Assembly: GCF_009914755.1 (NCBI RefSeq)
Contig: NC_060929.1
Origin: the human T2T-CHM13v2.0 reference genome, Homo sapiens
Strand: one strand, 5' to 3'
Length of the DNA: 64,000 nucleotides
Shown here: positions 1 to 14,933 of the stretch, piece by piece
How positions within the stretch are numbered: position 1 is the first letter of the stretch
Layout of the letters: the number at the start of each line of letters is the position of its first letter
Position numbers and translations under genes: made by a program
The notes under the pieces: model-generated
The model's database searches: none
Seen by the model: the letters and a program-made list of their open reading frames with translations, nothing else
Told to the model about the DNA's origin: nothing

Positions 1-1853
1 CAAACTTTTACATTTATCTTCTTCCTCAGGAACGCCAATTTTTCTTAGATTTGGTCATTTAACGTAATGCCAGACTTCTCAGGGGCTTTGTTCATATTTT
101 CTTATTCTTTTTTCTTTGTCTTTGTCGGATTGGGTTCATTCAAAGACCTTGTTTTCAAGCTCTGAATTTATTTCTCTGCTTGTTCAATTCTATTACTGAG
201 ACTTTCCAGAGCATTTTGCATTTCTGTAAGTGTGTCTGATGGTTTCCTGAAGGTTTGATTGTTTTTTTCTTTATGCTATCTATTTCCTTGAATATTTCTC
301 CCTTCACTTCTTGTATTGTTTTTCAGATTTCCTTGCATTGGGCCTTGCCTTTCTCTGGTGCCTCCCTGATTAGCTTAATAACTAACCTCCTGAATTATTT
401 TTCAGGTAAATCAGGGATTTTTTCTTGGTTTGGATCCATTGCTGGTGAGCTAGTGTGATTTTTTGGGGGGTGTTAAAGAGCCTTGTTTTGTTATATTACT
501 AGGGTTGGTTTTCTGGTTCCTTCTTATTTGGGTAGCCTCTGTCAGAGGGAAGGCCTAGGGCTGAAGGCTATTGTTCAGATTCTTTTGTCCCACAAGGTTT
601 CCCTTGATGTAGTATTCTCCCCCTTTTCCTGTAGATGTGGCTTCCTGAGAGCCAAGCTATAGTAATTGTTATCTGTCTTCTGGATCTAGCCACCCAGTAC
701 ATCTACCAGGCTCTGGGCTTGTACTGGGGTTGTCTGCACAGAGTCCTATGATGTGAACCATCTGTGGGTCTCTCAGCCATGGATACCAGCACCTGTTCAA
801 GTGAAGGTGGCCAGAGGGTGCAATGGACTCTGTGAGGGTTCTTAGCTTTAGTGGTTTAATGTTCTATTTGTGTGCTGGTTGGCCTCCTGCTGGGAGGTGG
901 TGCTTTCCAGAGAGTATCAGCTGTGGTAGTATGGGGAGGAACTGGTGGTGAGTGAACTCTAGAACTCCCAGGACTATATGCCCTTTGTCTTCCACTACCT
1001 GGGTGGGAAGCAAAGGACCATGAGGTGGGGGTACGGTTAGGCATGTCTGAGCTCAATCTCCTTGGGCGAGTCTTGCTGTGGCTGCTGTAGGGGATGGGGG
1101 TAAGTTTCCCAGGTTAATGGTGTTGTGTACCCAGGAGGATTGTGGCTGTCTCTGCTGAGTCATGCAGGTTTTCAGGGAAGTGGGGGAAAGCCAGGAGTCA
1201 CAGGCCTTGCCCAGCTCCCAGGGCAATCCAAGGGGCCGGTCTCACTCCCACACCACTAACAGCACCAAGTCTGTTTCCAGACAGAGGGCAAGCAGGGATG
1301 AGAACTTGCCCCAGGCTACCTGCCTCCCAGCTGTGAAAGAAAAGGGCTTTAGTTCTTCCCCTGCCTGTGGGGCCTGCATGCCAGATTCAGGCCCTCCCCT
1401 GAGTTCTGGCCAGGAGTCTTCTCACCCAGTTCAAATTATTACAAAGTTTAGCTGGAGACGTCCTTCTCCTGTGGCATTCTCCCCAACCTCTGGCTGCCCT
1501 CCCGAAGGATCCCTATGGTGCCAGGCAGGAATGGCCTGCTTGGGAATCCAGCGAGCTCCCAGGGCCTTTCCCGCTGGTTCCTCTACCCCTGTATTTTGCT
1601 TGGCTCTCCAAATTGACTCATCTCCAGGTGAGACTGGAAAATTCTCCTGTAATCCAGAACTTGTTTCCCCAGTGGGGGTGTGTGTTCGGGGGCAGAGGCT
1701 CTATCTTCCTTTCCCACTTCTACAGTTTGGGCACTCACAGTATTTGGTGTATTCCTGTTCCTGGTTTATTCCTGCAGTCATTCTGGAGCTAAAATTTATG
1801 ATACAATCCTCCGCACACTGTTCTGTCCATCCAAGCCAGAGCACAACGTCTAG
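1..1853 (-). mobile_element. Old L1 (L1PBa/L1PB-like) 5'UTR and 5' part of ORF1, continuing off the left edge
   Basis: 1-500 is T-rich reverse-complement L1 ORF1-like sequence. 1780-1853 (ttctggagctaaaatttatgatacaatcctccgcacactg...) resembles the recalled L1PBa 5' terminus. Confidence 0.75.
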
Positions 1854-2682
1854 CAGATCTCTTTGGGTATTACTCTGCCTTATGTACTAGAGGATATGAA
1901 AGCCTGTGAATTTGAGTTGGGCTCAGACAAGACAAAGTTTCAGGCTGTGGTACAGGCAACACTGCTACTTGGAGACCAGGTAGTGTTGGAGAGATCGGTG
2001 ATGGTAAATGATGCCATATAGAGTTGTGGCAAATCCCAGGGGGGAAAGGAGAATACCATTCCATGGTTTTCTGGAGCGAGATGATGGTACCTGCACTGAT
2101 GAATTACATACATTCTGAAAAACCTCTTCTAGCACGCACCCAGTCCCTGATGGAGAAGGAATACATAATAAACCAAGTAACCCTCTATCTAAGACTGCTT
2201 ATCAGAAGACGGATCTTATCAGAACCACCACATTAAGAACTTTAGGAAGCTCAAAATAAAATTGATCAAAAATGAAAGTGTCACAAATAAGATTGAGCAT
2301 TAACAAAAACAGAAGGCACAAACAAGTTGCATAAATCATAATCCCAGACCAGCGATATCCACCACTCTTCCTCATCTCTCACCTCTGACACTTGGAAATT
2401 ATTTGCAAGCATGAAAAACAGGAGGAAGAAGTCAGAGCTTGGTTTACTGATGGAATAGCTAGTTTTGTTGGGAAAAGATGAAATATACACCCTAGACGTA
2501 CTGCAAGTTTATTTCAGGTGTTCTTGAAATAGTTTGAAATGGAAAAGTCTTCTCAATGGACTGAACATGGTGAACACAGCCATCCATTTTATGTGGAGAA
2601 CCATGTAGAACAATTTTAGAATATATACAAACTGTTGGGAAGTTTCAAAATGTTTGGCTGGGTAACTGAAATGGAGGATATA

Positions 2683-2918
<236 letters not shown>

Positions 2919-2984
2919 TCACACTTATACAGGTTATTCTAGTTACTGCTGCCATTAACTGTCCTCTGCCACCAACAGAGATGG

Positions 2985-3308
2985 TATATTAGTTCATTTT
3001 CACACTGCTATAAAGATACTACCTGAGACTGGGTAATTTATTCATAAAAAAGGTTTACTCACAGTTCCATATGGTGGAAGATAAGGGGAAGCAAGACACG
3101 TTTTACATGGCAGTAGGAAAGACAGCCAGAGAGCGAGGAAGTGCCACACTTGAAAACCATTGCCACTCATGAGCACTCACTTACTATCAGGAGAACAGCC
3201 TGAGGGAAAACATCTCCATGATCCAATTGCCTCCCACCAGGTCCCTGCCCTAACATGTGAGGATTACAAACAGAGATAAAATTTGGGACACAGAGCCCAA
3301 CTATATCA
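2985..3308 (-). mobile_element. MaLR solo LTR (MSTA-like)
   Basis: tatattagttcattttcacactgctataaagatactacctgagactgggtaattt...ctatatca, with a 5-bp TSD gatgg/catgg. Confidence 0.85.
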
Positions 3309-3773
3309 CATGGTGATTTGACAACGTTTTTCAAGAAGGCCAATTAGCAACTTGGTGGAAATTTGACTATGTTATGCCCCTTTCCTTCCCAGAAAGACAA
3401 GCTTAGTTGACTGACTGACTGATTGATTGATTCTCACACAAATAAACAGGTATTCTGTCAATGAGTTTGCCTTTCTCACTTGCAGGACTTTAACCGGCAC
3501 TGCTGCTGAGGGTGTAAGAAGTGTTTGATCCCTGGCATGGGATCCCACATGATATCACATCAGATAACAGGAAATATTTTAAAATAAATATTTTAAAGGG
3601 AATGAGCCTATGGTAATGGGATTAGGTAGTAACATGATTAGGTATTGTACCACTCTGAAGCTGCCAACCTGTTGAATGTACAGCTGAAACACTGGTCCAG
3701 AAGCTATTTTTGTGTGTGTGTGTGAGGATGGATAGTCACCTTGCAAGATTCAGTAAAGGCGATAAATCGAAGA

Positions 3774-4051
<278 letters not shown>

Positions 4052-4710
4052 GAATACTTGCATTCGAGATACTAGGGGTGGTAGCAAGAGTGGCCATACA
4101 TACCATTACCCCCCCAAAACCACTCATAGACTCTGGGCTTCCTGTTCTCACAATTCTGGCCTCAAAAGAGTTAGAGGAACTTGACATCAAAGGGGCTATA
4201 TTCTGATCAAGAATGAACCTCTTTAAATTTTAACATGTTGCTCTTGGCATCCTATGTTCAGGGACCAGAAGAAAAATTGTATTACTATGCTAGCAGTGAT
4301 AATTGACCCTGATCATCAGGAGACACTAGAGCATTAATATACAATGAGGGCAAGGAGAAAAATGTGAGGAACCCAGATGATATATTTGGATACTTCTTGG
4401 TACTTCCTTGCTTAACTATGATGACTGTAAATGGATAGATACATTAACTCTGGATTGTGAGGTGACAAGGCCACGCCTTTAATAAAGCCACTTAGGTAAT
4501 GTAGTAGTCAAGGGTAAGAGTAACCTAGAATGAATAATGGAGCATGGAGTGCATAAGATTCAATTAAGCTCTAGGCCAGCTGCAGAGCAGGATCTGTTGT
4601 TTGTCCCACTAGCCTCCTCTAATTTCTCTTGAGAAAGAAATGTTCATAAGAATTTTAGAGTAGCTGCTTCCAGAGCATATAAGAGGATTCAGAAAACACA
4701 AAAAGTGGAC

Positions 4711-4950
4711 TGTGAGAGAGACAGAAGTAGCCCACATCCCAGTGCAAAACAAACTTGCTGCCCAGCTAGGGAAGTGCAGACAGCAGACATGTTTTTAATT
4801 GTCGCTGCTTCAAGGTCTGCTTCAGCTGTAGAGGCCAAAATCATGCTGTCACAGGGGCAACTCCCGTGTTGGTCCAGAACACAGGGATGAAAGAATGGCC
4901 ATTTCAGATTATTTCAGGAAAACTCAGACAGGCAGCAGTCCCTCCATATA
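4711..4950 (+). mobile_element. LTR16-like 3' LTR fragment of the ERV-L element
   Basis: Begins tgtg directly after the PPT. ttcaaggtctgcttcagctgtagag and ggccatttcag...aactcagacaggca resemble recalled LTR16A. Confidence 0.55.
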
Positions 4951-6069
4951 TTTTCACTGGATTGGTCAAGGCTTCATGTGGTATGAAATGCTTTCCTTTC
5001 AAACCTGCAGTATTGAAATTTCTAGACAACTTAAAAAAAACTTAGTACCTAAGATACGGAGATGTGGATTAAATGGACTTCAGAATATATTCTGCCCTCA
5101 GAAATAGAGATGTTTTATTACTTCCATACCCCAGAGAAATTCAGAATAAGAACAGGGCTCTAGGTCTTGCACCTTTTTAAGTCTTTCTAATAGGATAACA
5201 TGCAAAATTGTTTGTCTGGACATTAGTGAAAAACTGGTAGATTGATCTTTCTCTCTCCCTCTTCCCCACTTCATCACCTTTCTTCCCTAACATCCACATT
5301 TCCCAGATATGTAAATATGATCCTGAGAGACACAACATTCTAGATTATAAAAAAGAAAAATTTATTTCCTTCTAACCATGCTATAATTTGCAAATTGCTT
5401 CATTTACAACGAACATAGCATTTAACATTATTTTGTAGAACAATGTTAGCTCATTTTCCTCATGGGAACCATCACTCCACTATTTTTTAATGAATGTTCT
5501 TCACGGCAATAAAAAAAGAGAGACTTCCAAGTAAAATATTTTTTTCTCCACAGCTACTTCTTTTGTTACATAAAGACCTGATCTGAGCAAGGAAATTACT
5601 ACTTGTTTTGGTCTGCTTAATTATTCAACTATACATCCCTCTCCTCAGCTTTTAAGTCATGGGTGTGAAAACTGGAAGGGAGGTGGTTAGAGTTTAAGGT
5701 TGATGAGGTGTTTGGAGATGATACTTGATATCTAAAATATGGAGAATGCCACTTTTTAATTCAATTCAGCAGCAATTTGAAAGACCAAAAATTGTTTTTG
5801 CAAGGAAAGCATGACATAGTGAAATGTGCTTTAGAAACAGTTATTGAAGATGAACTTGTGTGCATGTGTGTATACACTTGTGCATGCATACACATATGTG
5901 CACACGTGTAGGCATGAAATGAGAGTGATTACAGGTAGGAAAGGCAGTTGAAAGTTATTGGCAGTTACATAGGCTATAAGGAAAGGGATGTGAATAATTG
6001 TGACAGCAGTGGAATAGATTTATAGAATTTCATCATGCGACTTATAAATAAAGAAAATAAGACAAAGAA

Positions 6070-7312
6070 AAAATAGTGTTTTGCATTTATCCAAATATTT
6101 ATCATTTCCAATTCACCTCACTCTTTTCTGAGAATTTGAGTTTCCATTAGCTATAACTTCCTTTAGCCCAAAGAATTCCCCTTGGAATTTTTTTTATAGT
6201 GCAGGTTGGCTTGCAAAAAATTAATTTGCTATTATTTAAAACTATCTTTCATTACCTTCATGTTTAAAAGGTATTTTTGACGGTTATATAATTCTGAATT
6301 GATTTATATAAATATATAGGTTCACCCTCTTCTGATCTTTGGTTTTCTGAGAAACCAGTTGTTAATTGAATTGTTACTCCTTATGTGAAATATATTGTTT
6401 TTCTATTGCTGTTTATGGATTTGCTTTTTATGTTTGGCTTTTAACCACTTAACTACTATGTGCTGCTACAGTTTGGATGTTTGTTCCTGCTAAATCTCAT
6501 GTTGATCTTCAATGTTGGAGGTGGGGCCCACTGGGAGATGGTTGGTTCATGGGGTGGATCCCTACTGAATGGCTTGGTATAGTCTGAGTGCTAGTGAGTT
6601 CTCAGTGTAGTAGTTCCTATAAGAGTTGGTTGTTAAAAAGAGCCTGGCATCTTTGCACTCTCTCCTTTGCTTTCTCTGTTGCTATGTGTCCTATGCACAC
6701 AACAGCTCACCTTCACCTTCTGCCATGAATGGAAGCAGGCTGTGGCCCTTGCTAGATGCAGGTGCTCAATCTTAGTCTTTTCCAGACATCAGAATTGTGA
6801 GCCAAATAATCATCTTCTTTTTAGAAATTTTGCAGCCTTGCGTATTCCTTTACAGCAACACAAAAGAATTAAGACATGTGCCTTGGCATAAACTTTTTTT
6901 GTGTTTAGTCCACTTGGTTTTTCTTAGCATCCTGTATCTGCAAACTTCTGGATTTCATTACATTTGGGAAATGTGGGATCATTATTTTTTCAAACATGTT
7001 GATTCTTATTGTCTCCTGTTTCCTAATGAAACATAATTGGGCTTTCTGTTATTATCTAACAGGCCCTAATACTGTGTTCTTGTGTTACAATTCATTTTTC
7101 ATTTTTGTTCTTTACCTTGAATTTCTGTTGTCCTAAGCTCAAATTCATACACTCTTTCACTCTGTCATCTCCATTCGGTGGCACAATCCATCCAATGAAT
7201 TTTTTGTTTCAGATATTTATTTTTCAGTTTTTGGAATTTCTATTTGGTTCTCTTTTATTCTTTCTATTTATTTGATACAATTTCTATTTTTCTGCTAAAA
7301 TGTTCTCCCACT
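6070..7312 (-). mobile_element. Ancient L1M (L1ME-like) fragment, split by an MST LTR
   Basis: T-rich reverse-complement L1 ORF1/ORF2-like sequence continuing on both sides of the LTR at 6464-6876. Confidence 0.55.
6464..6876 (+). mobile_element. MaLR solo LTR (MSTB/MSTC-like)
   Basis: tgctacagtttggatgtttgttcc...aattaagaca with a perfect 5-bp TSD tgtgc (6459-6463, 6877-6881). Confidence 0.9.
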
Positions 7313-7324
7313 GAGAGCACACTG

Positions 7325-7612
7325 TGTTTTTCCTCCTTCTTTTTAAAGGCTGAATAATATTCCATTATTATTAGTATTACTGTTGGTGAGAATGTAATTT
7401 GGTATAGACATTGTGAAAAACAGTATGGAGGGTTCGCAAAAAAAGTAGAAAATAACCAACACATGATGCAGCAAAATTAGAAAATAATCATCACATTATG
7501 CCGCAATTCTGCTGCTGGGTATCAAAGAAGGAATTGAAATCACTATGTCAAAAGGGGTATCTGCATTGTTATGTTAATTGCATCATTATTCACAACAGTC
7601 AAAACATAAAAT
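7325..7612. mobile_element. L1MA 3'-region fragments in opposite orientations
   Basis: ~7330-7368 ccttctttttaaaggctgaataatattccatt is on the minus strand. ~7378-7612 ctgttggtgagaatgtaa...ttattcacaacag is on the plus strand. Confidence 0.65.
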
Positions 7613-7771
7613 GCAATTTTTATTTTGCCTATTCCTTCTTAATAGTTACTATAAAATCTTCTATGTTTCTGTTGTAGTCTTCAAAGTTATTATTCCAATA
7701 CTTGAATAAAAATTTCCTCAGGGGTCTCTAACTTATCTAAATATGTTCTTCTACTTTTTCATTTTAGATTT

Positions 7772-8185
7772 TGTGATTCTTAGTTCTGTGTATACACTTG
7801 ATTGAGTTAGGGGATGCCCAGATATTTGGTGAAGAATTATTTCAGTGTGTGTTAGGGAAGGTGTTATTGGAATAAGTTAGCATTTAAATCAGTAGGCTGA
7901 ACAAAGAAGATCTGCCCTTACCAGTGTGGGTGGGCATCAGACAATATATTGTGGGTCCACATAAGAACTTAAAGGAAGAGAATGGGTAAATTCTGTTTCT
8001 GTCTTTTTGAGCTGAAATACTCATCTTATCCTGCCCTAGGACATCAGGGATCCTGTTTCTCTGACCTTCAGACTCAGATTAAATTACACCAGCTGCCTTC
8101 CTGGTTTTTCAGCTTGCAGAAGGCACATAGTGGGACTTCTCAGCCTTCATAATTGTGTGAGCCAATTCCCATAATAAATTTTCTT

Positions 8186-8216
<31 letters not shown>

Positions 8217-8297
8217 CCTATCTATCTATGTATCATTTATCTATCTATCTGTCTGTCTTTATTGGTTCTGTTTTTCTGGACGTTCCTCACTCATATA
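7772..8297 (+). mobile_element. MLT2 (ERV-L) solo LTR with internal (TCTA)n
   Basis: tgtgattcttagttctgtg..ggatgcccaga..gaagatctgccct..gcttgcaga..gtgagccaattccc..attggttctgtttttctgga. Confidence 0.85.
8187..8255. repeat. (TCTA)n tetranucleotide microsatellite, imperfect
   Basis: Direct reading: tatctatctatctatctatctatctatctacctatc... Confidence 0.95.
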
Positions 8298-8916
8298 GAT
8301 GGTTTTGGATGTTGTCATTTTATATAAAGTGTAAATAAGTGTATTTATGCATATTTCTATTTTCTTTATATATTTATTTTGAAGATATTACTTTATTTTG
8401 ATTAATTCCAAGTAATAGAGTCAGAAAATAATGATTCAGGGTAAATAGTAAAATTCTATTGTCTAAATCTAATAGTAATTTATATAATTACTATCAATTA
8501 CATAGAATCACACCAGTTTCATCACAATTGAGCTATGTCTTATGTTTTTCTTTATTGAATACCTGCACAGTGTGAAACACTGAAAACATTTTAAAATATA
8601 AAATTACACATTAAATATAATGTGAATTGTATAGATTTAAAAATGCCAAGTTGCAATTTTAGACCTTTATTATTTTAATTTATTACATGCTGTTAAGATG
8701 ATCATTTTAATTCAAATAGACTTATAGGAGGATTTTTCTCTTCCAAAAGAAGACACAACTTTTAGTGGAAAATCCAAGGTTGAAATAGGGAGTTAAATAG
8801 AATTTAAAGCCTGTAGTATAATTTTCAATACAACTTTTCATTATAAGAGTCACTCAAGACCCTTATAAGGAAAACAAAAAGTAAAGCTGAATTTTTGAAA
8901 ACTGGGTTAAATACAC

Positions 8917-9340
8917 TGTATTAATTTCCTAAGGCTGCCATAACAAGATAACACAAACTTAGTGGCTTGAAACGACAGAAGTTTATTCTGTAACGGTTTT
9001 GGAGTCTAGAAGTCCAAAATCAAGGTGTCACCAGGATCACGCTCCCTCTGAAGGCACTAATGAAAAATTCTTCCTTGCCTCTTTCTATGTTCTAGTGGTT
9101 GCCAGTATTTTCTGGCATGCCTTGGCATGTAGCTGTATCATTTCAATCTCTGCCTCCATCTTCACATGGGCTTTCTCTGTGTTCCGTCCTCATTCTATAA
9201 GGATACCAGTCATTGAATTTAGGTCCTACTGTAATCCAGCGCAATATCATCCTAACTTAATTAATTACATCTGCAAAGGCCCTAATGCCACATGAGTCAC
9301 ATTCTGAGGTTCCAAGTAGATATGCATTTTGGGGTCACAA
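8917..9340 (-). mobile_element. MLT1 (MLT1C-like) LTR
   Basis: tgtattaatttcctaaggctgccataacaa..ttagtggcttgaaacgacagaagtttattc..gaagtccaaaatcaaggtg. Confidence 0.85.
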
Positions 9341-9449
9341 TAGAAAATGCACAAAATATATTGAAGAAATAGAATGTTATAATTAGGAATCAATCCAATT
9401 ATATTTAGTAAGTTCAAATGCTATATCTAGGGTAAATATGATTAGTGCT

Positions 9450-9830
9450 TACAACCATCTGGCTCTCCTTTGGGGCTCACAGAGAAAACCAACTTTTCTC
9501 ATACCTTTTCATTAAGATAGAGAATTAAGATTTGTTCTTGTACTAGTGATGTGGGCAGAGGGATGTACCTTGCTTCTAGGCTAAGTCATTTAATTGCAAA
9601 ACTCTTTATGTCTTCACCTGTTTCAAAGAGATCTCATCTTTACAGAGAGTAAGTTAACATAAAAGACAATGCAGTCTCCATTATCTTGGGCCCCTTTTAA
9701 TTTTGTGAAGCTGAACCAACCAAAACATGAATTGGATACTGGGTGAGAAAAAATTAGTGATTTTGTAGAACTAATCTGATGTGTTTTTTTTGTTTGTTCC
9801 TGCAACATATCCTTTCCTACAATTACCAAT
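9450..9830 (+). mobile_element. Old MLT1 (H/I/J-like) LTR remnant
   Basis: gatgtgggcagagggatgtaccttgcttctaggc..catttaattgc and a 3' tttgtttgttcctgcaacata pattern; highly degenerate. Confidence 0.4.
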
Positions 9831-9983
9831 ACTTTCTGTCTAGATACTTCCTGTTCTAGGCTACCATATACCCATTATTAATCATATACTATGGTATTTA
9901 ATTATCTCCCTCATCTACTGTTTGGTAGCATAAACAACCAATTATCAAGAGTTCTATATTACTAAAAATATAATTATAAATTA

Positions 9984-10315
<332 letters not shown>

Positions 10316-13300
10316 TATACTGAATCTGACACTTTGTAAATCCCTAAACTTCAATAATATTTTTTTCTCATTTACGGTCTCCCTCGAGGGGAGCAAACAT
10401 TCCTCTCTCAGAAATTTTAGTTCCTTAAAACCATTATATTTAGAAATGTAAAATAATTCAAAGTATAGATGTATCAATGTAAAAATATCTAAATGTCTCA
10501 AGAAATTAAAATTATTACAAATTGTCTCCTCTTTCTATTTGAATATACTCTATTATTTTATAATGTTTGTAATAAAAAGGGTTACAAATCATAAGAAAGT
10601 GTGCCAAAATGTTTTATTAGTTTATAATCAAAGTTATTTCCTTTTAGATGATACTATTTTAGTGGCATTGAACAAATGAGTTGATGTTGTAACACACTGT
10701 ATAGTTCTTCAAATGAAGAATTTCCAGGGTAATATGGATTATAAAGAGACTCCAAGACAGAGATACATCACAACAATATGTAAATTACAAGTACATTACC
10801 TGTAGAAATTAATTTATGTTTGACAATTTAGGGATATAAATGTATGAAATATACTTCTTTCGATTTCAGCTTCCATAATAGAAGATATTCAATTACAGTG
10901 TGTTCCAAATGAAAAGGCTAATTAGCTGCTCAAAACTGGCATCTTTGTGATGCAAATTATGATATTTCAGATCTCAACTTTTAAAATTTCAAGTGAGTAT
11001 GCTTTAATTTATGGTGTCAGGGGCTATATGTCTATACTTATGTATATGTGTTTGCATGTGTTTGAGTGCATGTGTATACACACATATGGTACCCTAAATA
11101 ATTATTCAATTATTCCATTAGGAGTATATCTTGTTAGGTCAGTCAACCAAACAAATACTTAGCTGCATAGGAGTAGTAAAACATACAAAAGGAAAACATT
11201 ATCTTCTTGGACTCCAAATGATTTTTCAGAGACAAACTTTCTCACCTGATTTATATAACAATTATATTTGATGTGTTTTCCTAAGAATTCTTTATACGCA
11301 GTCACAATATTAAAGCATATTGCATTTCACAGAAAATTGATTGTATAATTAAACTTATAACATTAAAGAAAAGGAAAAAATAAAACACATATGCTGATAG
11401 AGGAGTGAGTGAAAGGGAAGACAATGAGTAGAAGGATGTGTGTATCTGCTGCATTGCTAATATAAAAATTATTATTGCCAGTAAAGTATATCTAATAGAA
11501 TATGAAAGCATAAATACTCAGTTCATAACAACAAGGAATTATTGGACAAAGGTTGAGTCATATTAAATATCAGCTAATAAATGCAAGATAGTAACTGATG
11601 AAGATCCACTGACATTTTTATAGAAGTTATTTATGATGAAACAAATGTTATTGAAAAATGTTAAAGGTTTATTTCATTATTAATTGACACATTATAATTA
11701 TACATATATTTTTAAATAATGAGATAACAATGTAATTGTAGTTGGATTTGCTAATTATTTTCTCCCAAATTTATGATAAATTCAACTTTCCATAAATAAG
11801 TTAACCATAAATTTGTACATCACATATAACCCCATTTTGAAAAATAAGGCATAGGCATGCATATTTATACATATGCCAAATATATATACATGTCATCGAT
11901 AATAGATTGTATTTTCATTAATGTAGATTTACCTTTTATGACATAGCACAACATGGATCTGAAAATAAGACTGTCCTTTATACTTGAACACCTGAGAATA
12001 CTCTTTTGTGGGAAAAATTAATTAGTTATTCAACTCAGATCGCTTAATATATGCCAGACTCTATATCAGTAAAGAAGCTTGAGTTTTTTGTTAATTTTGG
12101 TAATTAAAATAAATACGATTATTGCTTCAGATAACTGAAATCTTCCCAGTTAAAAACAGAATTCATTATGTCACTCTCAAATCTCTCTAGAAAAGAATAA
12201 CATCAATTATAACAATACAAATATTAGAAGAGTGAGGAAGAAAAATGATTTAATTAGAAAGACCCAAAGTTATTTGTGCTGATTATAGAGCTAATATATA
12301 TCTAGATTTATGTATTTTTTTAAGATGTTAAAATCCACACTACTCATCTTTTGTTCATGTTCTTTCAAGTAAACAAAACTGACAAGGAAGTAGGCTGAAT
12401 TTAGAAGCCTATTTTTCACAGCTTGTTTCCAAGATAAGAAATAAGATTAATACAGATTGAAAATAATTTCTTGACTCTTCCAGTTTTAGGATCATAGCAC
12501 ATAATGAGAACCCTGAAACTTTTCAATATCCTGAAGTGACTTATGAATTAATAAAGACTCTGGCACATATTTGGCATATATTTTGTATTCATCTTTCCCC
12601 CTTGGCAGTTGATACTTCATTTGTATAAGCAATTAAGCAAAACATTCCTAGTCATATAGTAGGCAATCTACCTTGTACTTAATTCATAACATCTAAGCTT
12701 TGTTTTTATTGTGTGTAGGATGATAAACAGATATTGTTTACAAAACAATATTATCAAGTTGGGAACTCTACTTAAATATGTTCATTGTAGGAATTCCCAT
12801 AATCTTAATGGGCAAATATTTATGTGGTAATTATACGGAGAAATGTTTAGGTGCAATATTTTCCAATGTTATTTGATCATGAGTAATGTTTCTATAGGAT
12901 GAGAATTACCACGCCACTGAACTAGGGTTGCATATAATTCTATTTCTGAAGAATCTTTCAAGCTACAACCACAAATTTGTCAATGAAATTCTTTCTTCTT
13001 ACTTTCACTCCTACTATTGACCAAATTCAGGCAATCTTGCATGTTACCCTTCCTCTTTATGCCATTGTCCTTCATTTTGACTGTTATCATTTGGATTTTC
13101 AAAGATCGTTCCATCCATTCTCGCTATTCTCTAGTCTACCCTTCACGTTATGATGACTGTCCACTCTATTTAACATGGGTAGGTGGCTCATATACCTTTG
13201 TGGCTACTTCCTGCTTTTGCAGGTCCAGCTCAAATACTACATCCATGGAACCTTCTGAAACAATCCTACTCAAAACAACTTTTCTATTATTCCAGTTGCT

Positions 13301-13394
13301 CTTAAGTCTATTACTGCATTAATTACATATGTCTACTATTGCAGTGTATATATCATTGTCAAATCCGAAATTTTAGTGTTTTTTTTTTCTTAAA

Positions 13395-13765
13395 GACAGG
13401 TAGATATTAGTACAACTTACTAAATACTTCCAATTTTCCTTATGGGTGCATGATGGGGTCTCCCTTCACTGACCCTTAGAATTAAGGGTGGCCATGTGAA
13501 TTAGTCAATTAAACATGAGTAGAAGAAATATTTATTCCTTTGGGTAAAACCTTAAGAGTCAGTGCATGACTCACCATGCTGTCTCTTTTTACTTTTTCAA
13601 TAAAAGCTGACAATATTTCAGGCAGACAGCCTAATCCCAGGGTACAAACAATATAGGGATGAGTCCTAAAAGACAGGCAGTGATGATGCAGTATGATAGA
13701 AAAATATATTTCTATTGAGATTATGGGTTTGTTTGCTAGCACAACATAATCAAGCTTATTATATT
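13395..13765 (+). mobile_element. Old MLT1 (I/J-like) LTR remnant
   Basis: agggtggccatgtga..taagagtcagtgcatgactcaccatg..ctattgagattatgggtttgtttgctagcacaacataa. Confidence 0.55.
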
Positions 13766-14074
13766 GCTGTGCATTCTAAATGTAAAATATGCCAAAAATA
13801 TATATGTTTAATAGAGACAGAAATGGTCCTGAAAGTTATCAATATTTATTTAAATAATGAGCTCGACTCACCTAAGTTTTTGCTGCTTATCAGTTTTCAG
13901 AAATATGATAACAGAATAGAAACATCAAATCAATTAATTTTAGCTAAAAAACACTCTTAAAATAAACAAAAGTTTTATTATACTGCATTCCTATCCAGAG
14001 TTTCCCAAACTGTTGTCTGCAATTTGTTGACCTGTATTCAGTGACTGTTCATGGCATAACCATTCCAGACTTTA

Positions 14075-14933
14075 AAAAGCAAGCAGCAAAAGACCAAAAA
14101 TATCTAACACAGTATTGAAGGAGAAGAACAAAGTTGGAGAACTGACACTACCTGACTTCAAGACTTATGATAAAGCTACAGTGATAATGACAGTGTGGTA
14201 TTAGTAAAAAAAAAAAAAAAAAAAAAAAAAAAGACCAATAGATCAATGGGACAGCGTAGAGAGCCTAGAAATAGATCTACATACATAAAACCAGCTGATC
14301 TTTGACAAAGAAGCAAAGGCAATGCAAAGTTAGTCTTCTCAATAAATAATGAGGGAATAATTAAACACCCACATTCAAAAAAAATCTTGAATATATCTTA
14401 CATTCCTCAAAAATTAACTGAAAATGAATTACAGACATAAATACAAAATGCAAAACTATAAAACTGTTAAAAGATAACATAAGAGAAATCCTAGATGAAC
14501 TTGAGTATAGTCATGGCTTTCTAATTACAATACCAATGGCACAATTTATGAAAGAAATAATTGATAAGCTGGACTTCATTAAAATTAAAAACTTCTGTTC
14601 TGCAAAAGACAACATCAAGTGACCAAGAAGACAAACCACAGTCCGGGAGAAAATATACACAAGAGACACATCTGATAAAGGAATTATTCAAAATATACAA
14701 AGAACTCTTAAAACTCAACAATAAAAAAAATGATTAAAAAATAGCCAAAGACTTTAACAGACACCTCACCAAAGAAGATATAGACATAGCAAATAAGCAT
14801 GTGAAAATATGCTCCATATCATATATCATCAGGAAAATGCAAAGTAAAACCACAGTGGGAAGCCGCTACATACCTATTAGAATGGCAAGAAATCAGAACC
14901 CTAACAACATCAATTGTTAGTGAAGATGTGGAG
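14075..14933 (+). mobile_element. L1MB/L1MC ORF2 3' part
   Basis: gaacaaagttggagaactgacactacctgacttcaagac ([12 protein letters not shown]), followed by gctggacttcattaaaattaaaaacttctg. Confidence 0.85.

Noticed and set aside
1162-1890. 242-aa ORF, the longest in the track
   Set aside because: It lies antisense within the GC-rich 5'UTR of an old L1, is rich in S/P/C/G and has no recognisable domain; a chance open frame.
13017-13322. 101-aa hydrophobic ORF
   Set aside because: Non-ATG start and T-rich composition explain the hydrophobicity. I see no homology or splice support.
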